Assembly (NCBI GenBank): GCA_051652765.1
Contig: JBOFUV010000102.1
Location: 14,959-78,958 of the forward strand
DNA length: 64,000 nt
DNA from: Microcoleaceae cyanobacterium
GTDB taxonomy: Bacteria; Cyanobacteriota; Cyanobacteriia; Cyanobacteriales; Microcoleaceae
Reading direction: 5' to 3'
Shown here one piece after another: positions 31,561 to 40,792 of the stretch (positions within the stretch are counted from its first letter, which is position 1; each line of letters starts with the position of its first letter). The notes beneath the pieces were generated by a model. That model was given only the letters and a program-made list of their open reading frames with translations, searched no databases and was not told where the DNA came from. A program made the position numbers and the translations under genes.

Positions 31561-31844
31561 CGGTTAGGATTAGGAGCCAGAACTTAAAATTACGTAAATT
31601 CTTGAACGGAAGATGGTTGATTATTTTTATCCCGTGCTAATCTACAGAGAAGCATAGGGCTGGCAACCTATCTTGTCCTCTACCAAAGGGCTTGGGCGGT
31701 TAAGGGCCTGTTAAGATTTAAAGCGGTCAAGGATTAAGCTTCTAGGGTCAAGAAGTTTAAGTTTTGTGCTCTAGTTCTTAACCTTATGCCAAGCAGTTTA
31801 GAGTATTCTGCCAAGGTGGTCTAGCATCACCTTCTCAAAAGTCA

Positions 31845-33413
31845 ATGGATAACCAGCAAGCCGTTTCTAGACAACTTCTCTTCTTGTTCCTGAGTACGCT
31901 CCTGGGTGCTTGTGCAGCCCAACCTCAAGCCGCAACTCCTCCTCCTGTTGCTGTGGTCATTGGTCGGGTAGAGTCAACCGATGTGAAAGATAGTACGATT
32001 TATAACGCCAGAGTGGAGGGAGTTGATAATGCTGTGATTCGGCCTCGGGTTGAAGGAATAGTCAAGCAAGTTTATGTTAGTTTGGGCGACAGCATTGAGG
32101 AAGGGGAACCCCTACTCTTGATTGATCCTGCACAGCAGCAAGCCAATTTAGCGAGTAGACTAGCTACCGTTGAGTCGAGGCGCTCACAAGTTGAGGTGGC
32201 AAGGGCAGAGCTTGCAGGTGCAGAAGCTGAGTTGAAGCGGACTCAAGCCGAGCTTGAGTTTCAGTCTCAGGGAGCAAACTTAGATCAGAGTCAACAGGGA
32301 GTCGCAGCCCAAAAGCAAGAAGAAGAGAGACTTCGATTTGAGTTGGAAAACGCAAAGAAGACTTTACAAGCACAACGACAGGAACTCGTGCGACGGCAGG
32401 CCATTCAAACTGAGCGGCAGGCATCCTTTAGTCGCTATGATGAGCTTTATCAAGAGGGAGTTGTCTCTCGAGAAGTTTACGACGAACGACTCCGGGATCG
32501 AGAAACCAGTGAAGCGGATGTGGCCACTCAAGCCGAAAGGGTGCGAGCGGCTGAATCCAGTGTCGAAAGTGCCAGGAGAGGTCTAGCTCGACAGGGAAGT
32601 AACATTGCAGGGGCCCAAGCCGGAGTCAAAAGTGCTGAGAATGATTTGGCCCGACAAGTGACCACTCTGGAAGCCCAACTTGAGAGGCAAAAACGCAACA
32701 TCCAGGCAGGGCAGGCTCGGATTGATTCACTGCAGCGGGAAATTCAGGGCGCTCAAGCAGATGCTGTTGGTCAACAAGTTCAACTTGAGTTTTACAATGT
32801 CATTGCTCCAATTAATGGAATTGTGGGGAACGTTCCCGTTAAGGTCGGAGATCTGGTCAACAGTCAGACGGAAGTGACCAGTATCCGCAGTAATACGCAG
32901 CTAGAAGTCAATATTGAAATTCCAGTTGAAAAACTTGCTCAAGTTCGCGTTGGTACGCCCGTTGAAATCATTAGTCAAGACACTGGGGGATCTGTAGGAA
33001 CCAGCCGGGTTTCCTATATTGCACCCAGTGCAGGTCAGACCCAAACTATTTTAGTCAAGGCGATCTACGACAACACTGACGGTCAACTGCGAACGGATCA
33101 GATTGTGCGCGCCAGAGTCATTTGGCAGCAAAAACCAGGGTTGACAGTTCCGACGACTGCTGTGAGTCGAATTGGGGGCCAGAGTTTTGTGTTTGTTGTA
33201 GAGGAGGACAATACAGAAGGCCAACAGAGAGAGGTTGCCAGACAAAGACCTGTGCAGTTAGGGAGTATTCAAGGCCAAAGCTATGCGGTGATCTCCGGGA
33301 TAACGGCAGGCGATCGCATTGTAACCGATGGGATTGTGAAGTTGCGAGATGGCCTTGCCGTGACTGATCAATCTCCCCTCCAGCCCGGTGAATCGTCCCA
33401 GCAAAGTCCTTAA
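31845..33413 (+). CDS. RND efflux periplasmic adaptor (lipoprotein) with long coiled coil
   Basis: Lipobox LGAC, IRPRVEG, IAPINGIVG and VPTTAV motifs. Confidence 0.92.
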   Translation: MDNQQAVSRQLLFLFLSTLLGACAAQPQAATPPPVAVVIGRVESTDVKDSTIYNARVEGVDNAVIRPRVEGIVKQVYVSLGDSIEEGEPLLLIDPAQQQANLASRLATVESRRSQVEVARAELAGAEAELKRTQAELEFQSQGANLDQSQQGVAAQKQEEERLRFELENAKKTLQAQRQELVRRQAIQTERQASFSRYDELYQEGVVSREVYDERLRDRETSEADVATQAERVRAAESSVESARRGLARQGSNIAGAQAGVKSAENDLARQVTTLEAQLERQKRNIQAGQARIDSLQREIQGAQADAVGQQVQLEFYNVIAPINGIVGNVPVKVGDLVNSQTEVTSIRSNTQLEVNIEIPVEKLAQVRVGTPVEIISQDTGGSVGTSRVSYIAPSAGQTQTILVKAIYDNTDGQLRTDQIVRARVIWQQKPGLTVPTTAVSRIGGQSFVFVVEEDNTEGQQREVARQRPVQLGSIQGQSYAVISGITAGDRIVTDGIVKLRDGLAVTDQSPLQPGESSQQSP

Positions 33414-33676
33414 ACGGTTGGCTGCGGGAAATTGTTGATCCGTATGTGAATCTCGTTATAATCTGACTTATTGAATAATTGAGTTTAATCAGCATTACTG
33501 TAGTCAAAATGCAAGTTTCGGTGGCGAACCTATTGCTCCGAAGCAGTTCTGAAACAATATTGGGAGGCATTGGTGAACTTTGTGGCCTAGGGCGTTGTGA
33601 GAGGAATCTTTTTGAATGACCATTGGCTGAATTTGTTTGGGTAACTTGAAATCTAGCTGTTCTATCCCACTTCTTT

Positions 33677-36600
33677 ATGCTCCTGTTTGTTAGCGCCTTT
33701 ATCAAGCGACCTGTTCTTACGACGGTCTTGACTATTCTGATTCTTCTGATAGGAGCAGTCTGTATTCCGCTCCTACCGATTACGCAACTGCCCCAACTGG
33801 CCAACACTCAGATCAATGTAACGTCAATCAATATTGGTTCAGATGCAGAGACGACAGAAACCACGGTAACCACCCTCTTAGAGCGTGAGATTAACGGGGT
33901 AGAGAACATGAAGTACATTAGCTCCAACACAGGGAATAATGGATCTTCTAGTATTTCAGTCGTGTTTCCAGTGGAGGTGGATAGGAACGTCGCTCAAGTT
34001 AACGTTCAAAACCGCGTTTCTCAGGCAGAGCCTAGCTTACCCCAGAGTGTTCGGCAAACTGGAATTCGGGTCGAGGCAGCGTCTCCCAGTATTCTGTTGT
34101 TGGCCGCGTTTTATTCAGATACGGATGAAAATGGCAAATTTATCTACGATGACATTTTCATGAGTAACTACATGGATCTGAATGTGACCGACCAGATCAG
34201 GCGGATTGACGGGGTAGGTCAAGCACAGATCTTTGGAGAACGGAAGTATGCGATGCGGCTCTGGCTCGATCCTAAGCGGATGGCGGCACGGGGATTATCC
34301 GCTCAAGATGTGGCTAGTGCATTGCAAGAACAGAATATTCAAGTTGGAGCGGGTAAAATTGGTCAAGCCCCAACCCCAGAGGAACAACGCTTTGAGATTC
34401 CCCTCCAAGCCGTAGGACGCTTGAGAACCATAGAAGAGTTTGAGGATCTGGTACTCAAGCAGGGAGAGAACGGCAATCTAGTCACAATTCGTGATGTGGG
34501 TCGAGCAGAACTAGGAGCGCAAGGGTACGATACAGTTGCAACCTATAAAGGTCAACCGACCGTTGGCCTTGCGATCTATCAGGTTCCAGGGAGCAACGCC
34601 CTAAATGTTGCCAGTCGAGTCAAGGCAACAGTTGAAGAATTGAGCAAGACTTTCCCCCCTGGTTTAAACTACGACATTCCTTACGACACAACTTTGTTTA
34701 TCACGACTTCTTTGAGGGAGGTGGTGATAACCCTCGTTCAAGCCATCGGCCTTGTTATCTTAATTTTGTTCATCTTTCTCCAAGACTGGCGAGCGACCAT
34801 AATTCCAGCGGTTGCCATTCCAGTGTCATTGATTGGAGCCATGAGTGGGCTGAAAATAGTAGGGTTTGAGCTAAATACTTTGACGCTGTTCGCCTGCACC
34901 TTGGCGGCAGGTTTGGTGGTGGATGATGCGATCGTAATTGTAGAAGCCGTTGCCCTCAAAATTGGCCAAGGGATGAAAGGCCGCCAAGCCGCTTTGGATA
35001 CGATGCAGGAACTCACCGGAGCTATCATTGCCACTTCCTTGGTACTGTTGGCAGTGTTTATTCCAGTTTCCTTCTTTCCTGGCACGGTAGGGATTATCTT
35101 TAAGCAATTTTCCCTGACTATTGTGTTCGCTGTCTTTTTCTCTACGTTAAACGCCCTGACCTTTTCTCCGACTATGTCAGCGATCCTTCTCCGACCCAAA
35201 CAAGAAGTGACTGGGCCATTAGGATGGTTTTTTGACAAATTTAATCAGGGCTTTGATTGGGTACAGAGTCAGTATGGTAAGTTGATTGCTTTTTTAATCC
35301 GGATCAATACTCTGGTTATGGGGCTGTTTATTGGGGGATTGATATTAACTGCTCTGATGTATACCTGGGTTCCCGCAGGGTTTGTTCCAGAAGAAGATCA
35401 GGGCTATTTTATTGTGCTGTTTCAAGCTCCAGATGGCGTTTCCGTCAACTATACGGCCAAAGCATCTGAGCAGATTACAGATAGACTACTCGATATCCCC
35501 GAGGTGGAAGCAACCTTTGGCGTTTCGGGCTTTGGCTTTGACGGTGTGAATCCTAGCCAGGGAATCATGTTTGTGACCCTCAAGCCTTGGGAAGAACGTC
35601 CCGGAGAAGAAAAATCAGTCTACGGCCTGCTGCGTCAGGCAAATTTATCATTGCAAAGCGTTAAGGAGCTGAGGGCGTTTGCGGTGAATGCCCCGGCGAT
35701 CCAAGGAGCAAGCAGCACAGGGGGATTTGAGTTTCAGGTGCAGGATCGGGGTGGAAATTTACCGATTTCTGCCCTGCTAGATAACGGCAACAGAGTCATC
35801 GCTGCTGCCAACTCAGAGCAACATCCTGCCATTGGGAATGCCTTTAGTCAATTTTCAGCCAGCAAAGCCCAGAAAAAAATTGAGGTGTTGCGGGATCGGG
35901 CCAAAGCTCTCAACGTTAATGTAGATGATATTTTTAGAACCCTGCAAATTTATTTAGGTTCCTCCTACGTGAATGACTTTGTTCTGGGACAGCGGCAATA
36001 TCGGGTTGTTGTGCAGGCGGATCAAGCGTCTCGAAGCAGCCCAGATGATATTCGTCAGCTCTATGTTTCCTCGCGAGATGGCAACATGGTTCCCCTAGAC
36101 AACTTAATTAGGACTACCGACTTTACTGGGCCAGAAACCATTAGTCACTTCAATATCTTTCGCTCCATGAAGGTTCAGGGATCAACTGCCCCTGGCTTCG
36201 GTTCAGGCCAGTCGATTGAGCAGATGGAGCAGGCTGCAGAGGCCAACCTTGAGCCCGGTTTTGGCTATGCTTGGCAAGGTTCGGCGCTAGATGAAAAATC
36301 CTCTGGTTCCCCGTTGGTGATTTTTGGATTGGGCTTCGTGATTGTGTTTCTGGTTCTGGCGGCCCAGTACGAGAGCTACATTGACCCGTTGATTATCATG
36401 TTGTCAGTTCCCTTAGCAGTTTTAGGGGCACTTTTAGCAGTTTGGTTTCGATCCAATGTGCTAATGGCAGGGGGGCTATGGCCCGTAGTCACGAATGATG
36501 TCTACTGTCAGGTGGCCTTGGTCATGTTGATCGGCTTGGCTTCCAAGAACTCTATTCTCATCGTGGAGTTTGCCAACCAGTTGAAGGACAAGGGATTGAG

Positions 36601-37042
36601 CATCTCTCGGGCCGCAGTACAAGCAGGAGAACAGCGATTTCGCCCCATTCAGATGACGGCGATATCTAGCCTCGTTGGTTTCTGGCCATTGGTTGTAGCA
36701 ACGGGGGCAGGTTCTGCTAGTCGCTGGTCTCTGGGAACGGCTATTTTTGGGGGAATGTTGGTGGGAACTGTGCTGAGTTTGTTGATCACCCCCAACTTGT
36801 ATGTTGCAATCAAAAACCTGGAAAGTCGTTTTCTCAAGGGAGAAAAGCCTGACAAGCCCGATAAATCTGATAGTCCAAAACTTCCCAGGCAGGGGCAAGG
36901 AGAGTCTTCGCACACTGAGAAGCAGATGGAAGAAGGAATTCCTCAGAATGGTAAAACACTAGAAGAATCAGAGGAGCCAGAAGTTCCAGAAGCTCCTAAA
37001 TCCCCTGCTCAATCGGATGAAGTGTTCCGAAACAAAGGTTAA
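33677..37042 (+). CDS. RND efflux permease (HAE1/AcrB family)
   Basis: FIKRPV, GLVVDDAIV, KNSILIVEFA and RFRPI.MT motifs. Confidence 0.95.
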   Translation: MLLFVSAFIKRPVLTTVLTILILLIGAVCIPLLPITQLPQLANTQINVTSINIGSDAETTETTVTTLLEREINGVENMKYISSNTGNNGSSSISVVFPVEVDRNVAQVNVQNRVSQAEPSLPQSVRQTGIRVEAASPSILLLAAFYSDTDENGKFIYDDIFMSNYMDLNVTDQIRRIDGVGQAQIFGERKYAMRLWLDPKRMAARGLSAQDVASALQEQNIQVGAGKIGQAPTPEEQRFEIPLQAVGRLRTIEEFEDLVLKQGENGNLVTIRDVGRAELGAQGYDTVATYKGQPTVGLAIYQVPGSNALNVASRVKATVEELSKTFPPGLNYDIPYDTTLFITTSLREVVITLVQAIGLVILILFIFLQDWRATIIPAVAIPVSLIGAMSGLKIVGFELNTLTLFACTLAAGLVVDDAIVIVEAVALKIGQGMKGRQAALDTMQELTGAIIATSLVLLAVFIPVSFFPGTVGIIFKQFSLTIVFAVFFSTLNALTFSPTMSAILLRPKQEVTGPLGWFFDKFNQGFDWVQSQYGKLIAFLIRINTLVMGLFIGGLILTALMYTWVPAGFVPEEDQGYFIVLFQAPDGVSVNYTAKASEQITDRLLDIPEVEATFGVSGFGFDGVNPSQGIMFVTLKPWEERPGEEKSVYGLLRQANLSLQSVKELRAFAVNAPAIQGASSTGGFEFQVQDRGGNLPISALLDNGNRVIAAANSEQHPAIGNAFSQFSASKAQKKIEVLRDRAKALNVNVDDIFRTLQIYLGSSYVNDFVLGQRQYRVVVQADQASRSSPDDIRQLYVSSRDGNMVPLDNLIRTTDFTGPETISHFNIFRSMKVQGSTAPGFGSGQSIEQMEQAAEANLEPGFGYAWQGSALDEKSSGSPLVIFGLGFVIVFLVLAAQYESYIDPLIIMLSVPLAVLGALLAVWFRSNVLMAGGLWPVVTNDVYCQVALVMLIGLASKNSILIVEFANQLKDKGLSISRAAVQAGEQRFRPIQMTAISSLVGFWPLVVATGAGSASRWSLGTAIFGGMLVGTVLSLLITPNLYVAIKNLESRFLKGEKPDKPDKSDSPKLPRQGQGESSHTEKQMEEGIPQNGKTLEESEEPEVPEAPKSPAQSDEVFRNKG

Positions 37043-37059
37043 TCTCGCAATAACAACCC

Positions 37060-37680
37060 ATGACCTATTTCAACGAAGAACAGCCCGAACGTAAAGCAGG
37101 TAAACCGGATGAGGTTTGGTCTGACCCGCTAACCCAGACTCAAGAACTCACAGTTGCTGAACTGACCCAACAGGTGACTCAACTCGAGGAAAAACTAGGC
37201 CAGGTCGTTGAGCTTTTAGGAGATATTTATCGCTATGGAAAATTAAGGAATTTCCTAGCAGCCCAACAATTTAGAGAGGCAGACGAAGAAACCCTGAGGG
37301 TAATGCTAGAAATCTCTGGGCAGGGTAGCCAGGATCAGATTACTCCAGAGGGTATCTTGCAATTTCCTTGTAGCTCAATTCAGTTGATTGACCAACTGTG
37401 GGTCAAGTATAGTGGCGGACGGTTTGGCTTTAGTGTTCAAAATCGAATCTATCAGGAGCTAGGCGGAAACGATGATATCACCCGCATCGACATGGATTTA
37501 CTGCATCAAGTTGGCGATCGCCTAGGGGCTCGGGAAAATAATAAATGGATTGCCTACACTGACTTAAATTTCAGCTTGGCAGCTCCTGAAGGGTGTTTTC
37601 CTGCTGCGTGGTGGCAGTCTCCCTACGGTGCAAAAATGATTGTTTACTTCTGTGCTCGCATCATTGCCTGCGGAATCTAG
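37060..37680 (+). CDS. GUN4-domain protein
   Basis: F.EADEET...ML, FPC....IDQLW.KYS.GRFGFSVQ and AP.G.FP motifs. Confidence 0.9.
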   Translation: MTYFNEEQPERKAGKPDEVWSDPLTQTQELTVAELTQQVTQLEEKLGQVVELLGDIYRYGKLRNFLAAQQFREADEETLRVMLEISGQGSQDQITPEGILQFPCSSIQLIDQLWVKYSGGRFGFSVQNRIYQELGGNDDITRIDMDLLHQVGDRLGARENNKWIAYTDLNFSLAAPEGCFPAAWWQSPYGAKMIVYFCARIIACGI

Positions 37681-37735
37681 ACCCAAAACAAGATAGGGCA
37701 TCAGATCTAGATACCGCAAAGAATGGTAAGGGATT

Positions 37736-37894
37736 CTATTCCTTTTCTTCTTCGTCTTCTTTGCTCTTGGTCTGCTGATTATCGGAATATTGTCTGCCTT
37801 TAGAATAATTGCGAGCAGGACTCTTCCGGAACTTACGGGCGTGCATTTCGTTGCGCTTTGCTTTTTCTTTCTTAAGATTACGTCTTTTAGCCAC
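37736..37894 (-). CDS. Small K/R-rich protein, 52 aa (MAKRRNLKKEKAKRNEMHARKFRKSPARNYSKGRQYSDNQQTKSKEDEEEKE); absent from the ORF track
   Basis: GTG..TAG, 53 codons translated by hand; N-terminus resembles a conserved cyanobacterial small protein family (from memory). Confidence 0.8.
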   Translation of the reverse strand: MAKRRNLKKEKAKRNEMHARKFRKSPARNYSKGRQYSDNQQTKSKEDEEEKE

Positions 37895-38028
37895 TCTGTT
37901 TGTCCACTAGTACATCAAAAAAACTCAAGGCGCTAAGCCCTCTAACCTGAGAAACTCTCAACATCACTAAAACTCTATTCGGGAAAACCCCAGCACTGCC
38001 TCAACAAATTCAAACAAAATGAATGAAC

Positions 38029-38191
38029 GGTGAGTGTTACCGGTGCTAAGTTCGACTTCCTACCTCAGCCTACTGCGGAAAGACAAGGGTTCGGAACTTA
38101 AATCTGCTACAGCTAATCGCTAGCCAAGTCAACACGTGCAGTAGACTGCCGAATCTTGTTTTACTACTGTTCTAGGGTAACACAGATCACC
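38029..38191 (-). ncRNA. Candidate rod-like structured RNA / 5' leader
   Basis: Minus-strand helices GGUGA/UCACC, GUGUUACC/GGUAACAC, UUCGGC/GUCGAA and AGUCUACUGC/GCAGUAGGCU; G.U pairs favour the minus strand. Confidence 0.6.
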
Positions 38192-38208
38192 TGAATTGAA
38201 CTTGGCCG

Positions 38209-39345
38209 TCAGCACTCCTGTGAAAATAGGGACAACTGCTCTCCAGGATAGGAGTAACCTAAGTGTTTCCAGGCGTGGGGAGTCGCAACCCGTCCCCGAT
38301 GGGTGCGTTGCAGGAGGCCCATTTGCATGAGATAGGGTTCGTACACCTCTTCAATGGTTTGGGTATCTTCCCCTGTAGAGGCAGCCATTGTTTCTAAACC
38401 GACAGGCCCCCCGTTAAAGTTTTCAATCATCATGGTTAGCAGGTTACGGTCTGTCCAATCTAATCCAATCGGATCAACGTTGAACAGTTCTAAAGCCGTT
38501 GTTGCCAACTCCTCCGTGATCGACCCAGAAGCCTTTACTTCAACATAATCCCGGACTCGCTTCAACAAACGATTGGCGATTCTTGGGGTGCCTCGGGAGC
38601 GGCGGGCAATTTCTTCAGACCCCCTAGGAGTGATGGGGGTGTTCAGGATCTGAGCTGTACGGTGGATAATCTGACTCAGTTCATCGATTTCATAAAATCT
38701 TAATCTTTGAATCAGACCAAAGCGATCGCGCAGTGGAGAGGTCAGCGATCCAACTTTTGTGGTTGCCCCGATCAGGGTAAACGGCTTGAGGGGAAGACTC
38801 CGGGTTTTTGCCGTGCGTCCCTGACCCGTGGTGATATCTAGACGAAAGTCCTCCATGGCAGGATAGAGAATTTCCTCGGCAACTTTAGACAAGCGGTGAA
38901 TTTCATCGAGAAACAGAATCTCTCCGGGTTTGAGATTGACTAAGAGTCCAGCAATATCACGGGGCTTTTCTAGGGCAGGAGCAGTGGTGATTTTGCAAGT
39001 CACCCCCATTTCTGTGGCAAGAATGATGGCCATTGTGGTTTTCCCCAGTCCCGGTGGGCCATAGAGCAAAATGTGATCCAGGGGTTCATTCCTGGACTGG
39101 GCGGCGGCGATCGCAATATTCAGTACTTCTTTGAGATCTTTTTGACCAATGTACTCCGCCAACCGTTGGGGTCTCAGGGTCTCCTCCTGCTTGATATTCC
39201 CTTTTTCTTCCGGTGTTTCTTGAGGTTTCAATAAGTTCTCAGAGGGAAGGTCTTGTGATTTTGTCTTGGCTGAACTGGCCAAAGAGTTTGCCGGGGGGGT
39301 TTGGCGGGGTTCAGCAGGTTGCGGCTTGGAGGAGATAATGGCCAT
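38209..39345 (-). CDS. ruvB: Holliday junction branch migration helicase RuvB
   Basis: [25 protein letters not shown] and SRGTPR motifs. Confidence 0.97.
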   Translation of the reverse strand: MAIISSKPQPAEPRQTPPANSLASSAKTKSQDLPSENLLKPQETPEEKGNIKQEETLRPQRLAEYIGQKDLKEVLNIAIAAAQSRNEPLDHILLYGPPGLGKTTMAIILATEMGVTCKITTAPALEKPRDIAGLLVNLKPGEILFLDEIHRLSKVAEEILYPAMEDFRLDITTGQGRTAKTRSLPLKPFTLIGATTKVGSLTSPLRDRFGLIQRLRFYEIDELSQIIHRTAQILNTPITPRGSEEIARRSRGTPRIANRLLKRVRDYVEVKASGSITEELATTALELFNVDPIGLDWTDRNLLTMMIENFNGGPVGLETMAASTGEDTQTIEEVYEPYLMQMGLLQRTHRGRVATPHAWKHLGYSYPGEQLSLFSQEC

Positions 39346-39518
39346 GTTTGGAGTCAGCAAGGAGTAGACTTATTCTTCATTCATTCTACCTGTTAGACTA
39401 GAGCTTCCTGTAGGAATTAGGTAAAGTGAGCGGGCATCTTGCCTGCACAGGCTGGAAGCCCAAGCCACAGATCACAACAGATATTTGATGAATCATTCCT
39501 GGCTGCTCTGTAGCCACC

Positions 39519-40709
39519 TTAAGCAGATTTGAGATCACTGATGGCTTTGACCAAACGTTCCAGCTCAAAGACCTCAGTGAAGTAGTGAACACAAGCTCGA
39601 ATACAGGCTGGATGCAAAATTGTTCGCACATAGATTCCTTGGGTTTCAAGGGCTCTAACTGCTTCGCTGTGAGAGATACCGTTAATCAACTGAAACGAGA
39701 CCAAACCCGCTTCTGGAGGAGCCGTTCGCAAACAAGTAACGTGGGGAATTTGGCTTAACTGTTGCCAAAGCCAGCCACTCAATTGACAAATCTGGTGATA
39801 TCGTGCCGTAGCAGTTCCCCAGTCATGATGCAGGGCGATCGCCTCTCGCAGTCCAGCATAGAGAGGATAGGCAGAAGTGGCGATTTCATAGCGCTGTCCA
39901 TCGGGTTTCCAGTCAATCGGTTGTCCAGTTTTGTCAATGGTAATTCCGCGCCAACCGATAAACGTAGGCGAGAGTTCTAGTCGGGCCTCAGGACTCACAT
40001 ACAGTCCCCCCAATCCCTCTGGCCCACACAACCATTTGTGACCTGTGAAGGCATAGAAGTCCACATTCAATTCCACCAGGTTGAGCGGTAACACACCCAC
40101 GGATTGGGCGGCATCGACGAGTACCCGAACTTTCCCCTGGGGTTGATCATGACAGAGACCCATAATATCTGCCAAAGGCAGCACCTGTCCTGTATTCCAG
40201 AGAATGTGACTGATTACAACCAATCGAGTTCGAGGTTGCAAATGTGCAGCAATGACTTGAACGGGATCACCTTGATTTAAGGTTTCCAGTAAGGGACAGA
40301 CGGAAACCTTAAGCTGAAATCGTCGTTGTAGTTCCTGAATCGCGGCGATAATGCCGGGGTGTTCACAATCGGAGAGCAATATATGATCGCCGGGTTGCCA
40401 ATCCATTCCCCACAAAGGAATATTGCAGCCAACGGTAACATCTTCTGTGAATGTGATTGTTTCAGAAGATACACCGAGTTCAGCAGCGATCGCCTGTCGA
40501 GTAGAGTTTGACTCCAGTTTTAGCCAATTTCCTACGGCTAGAGAGAATGGCCCTTTTTGCTGAACGGCGGTATAAAATTGATAGATTGAGTCTAAAGAAA
40601 TCTGGGGAAGAGGCCCCTGTCCGCCATAATTGAAATAAGCTTTATTTGTTAAAGCAGGAAATAGGGTTCGATGATGTTTTTGATGGTGCTCTAAGGTAAG
40701 ATTGGTCAT
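39519..40709 (-). CDS. Class V aminotransferase (cystine/cysteine lyase C-DES-like)
   Basis: YFNYGGQGP, DAAQSVG and TGHKWLCGPEG motifs. Confidence 0.9.
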   Translation of the reverse strand: MTNLTLEHHQKHHRTLFPALTNKAYFNYGGQGPLPQISLDSIYQFYTAVQQKGPFSLAVGNWLKLESNSTRQAIAAELGVSSETITFTEDVTVGCNIPLWGMDWQPGDHILLSDCEHPGIIAAIQELQRRFQLKVSVCPLLETLNQGDPVQVIAAHLQPRTRLVVISHILWNTGQVLPLADIMGLCHDQPQGKVRVLVDAAQSVGVLPLNLVELNVDFYAFTGHKWLCGPEGLGGLYVSPEARLELSPTFIGWRGITIDKTGQPIDWKPDGQRYEIATSAYPLYAGLREAIALHHDWGTATARYHQICQLSGWLWQQLSQIPHVTCLRTAPPEAGLVSFQLINGISHSEAVRALETQGIYVRTILHPACIRACVHYFTEVFELERLVKAISDLKSA

Positions 40710-40792
40710 TTCCTGAAAAGATTACTTAGAAATAAATTTTTCTTTATATTAATCAATGTCTTTATGATTAATGTCTTCATGCTAATTTCTTC

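Noticed and set aside
33118..33807. 229-aa antisense ORF and the other short ORFs overlapping real genes
   Set aside because: Shadow frames of well-supported CDSs with no motifs
38029..38191. Calling this RNA 6S (ssaA) outright
   Set aside because: The architecture is similar, but I cannot match the sequence to cyanobacterial 6S and the usual purK context is absent; left unnamed
38209..40709. End-to-end complementarity for ruvB and C-DES (also GUN4, menF, yheT)
   Set aside because: Only 5-7 bp matches, within chance expectation; the bracketing pattern is not universal
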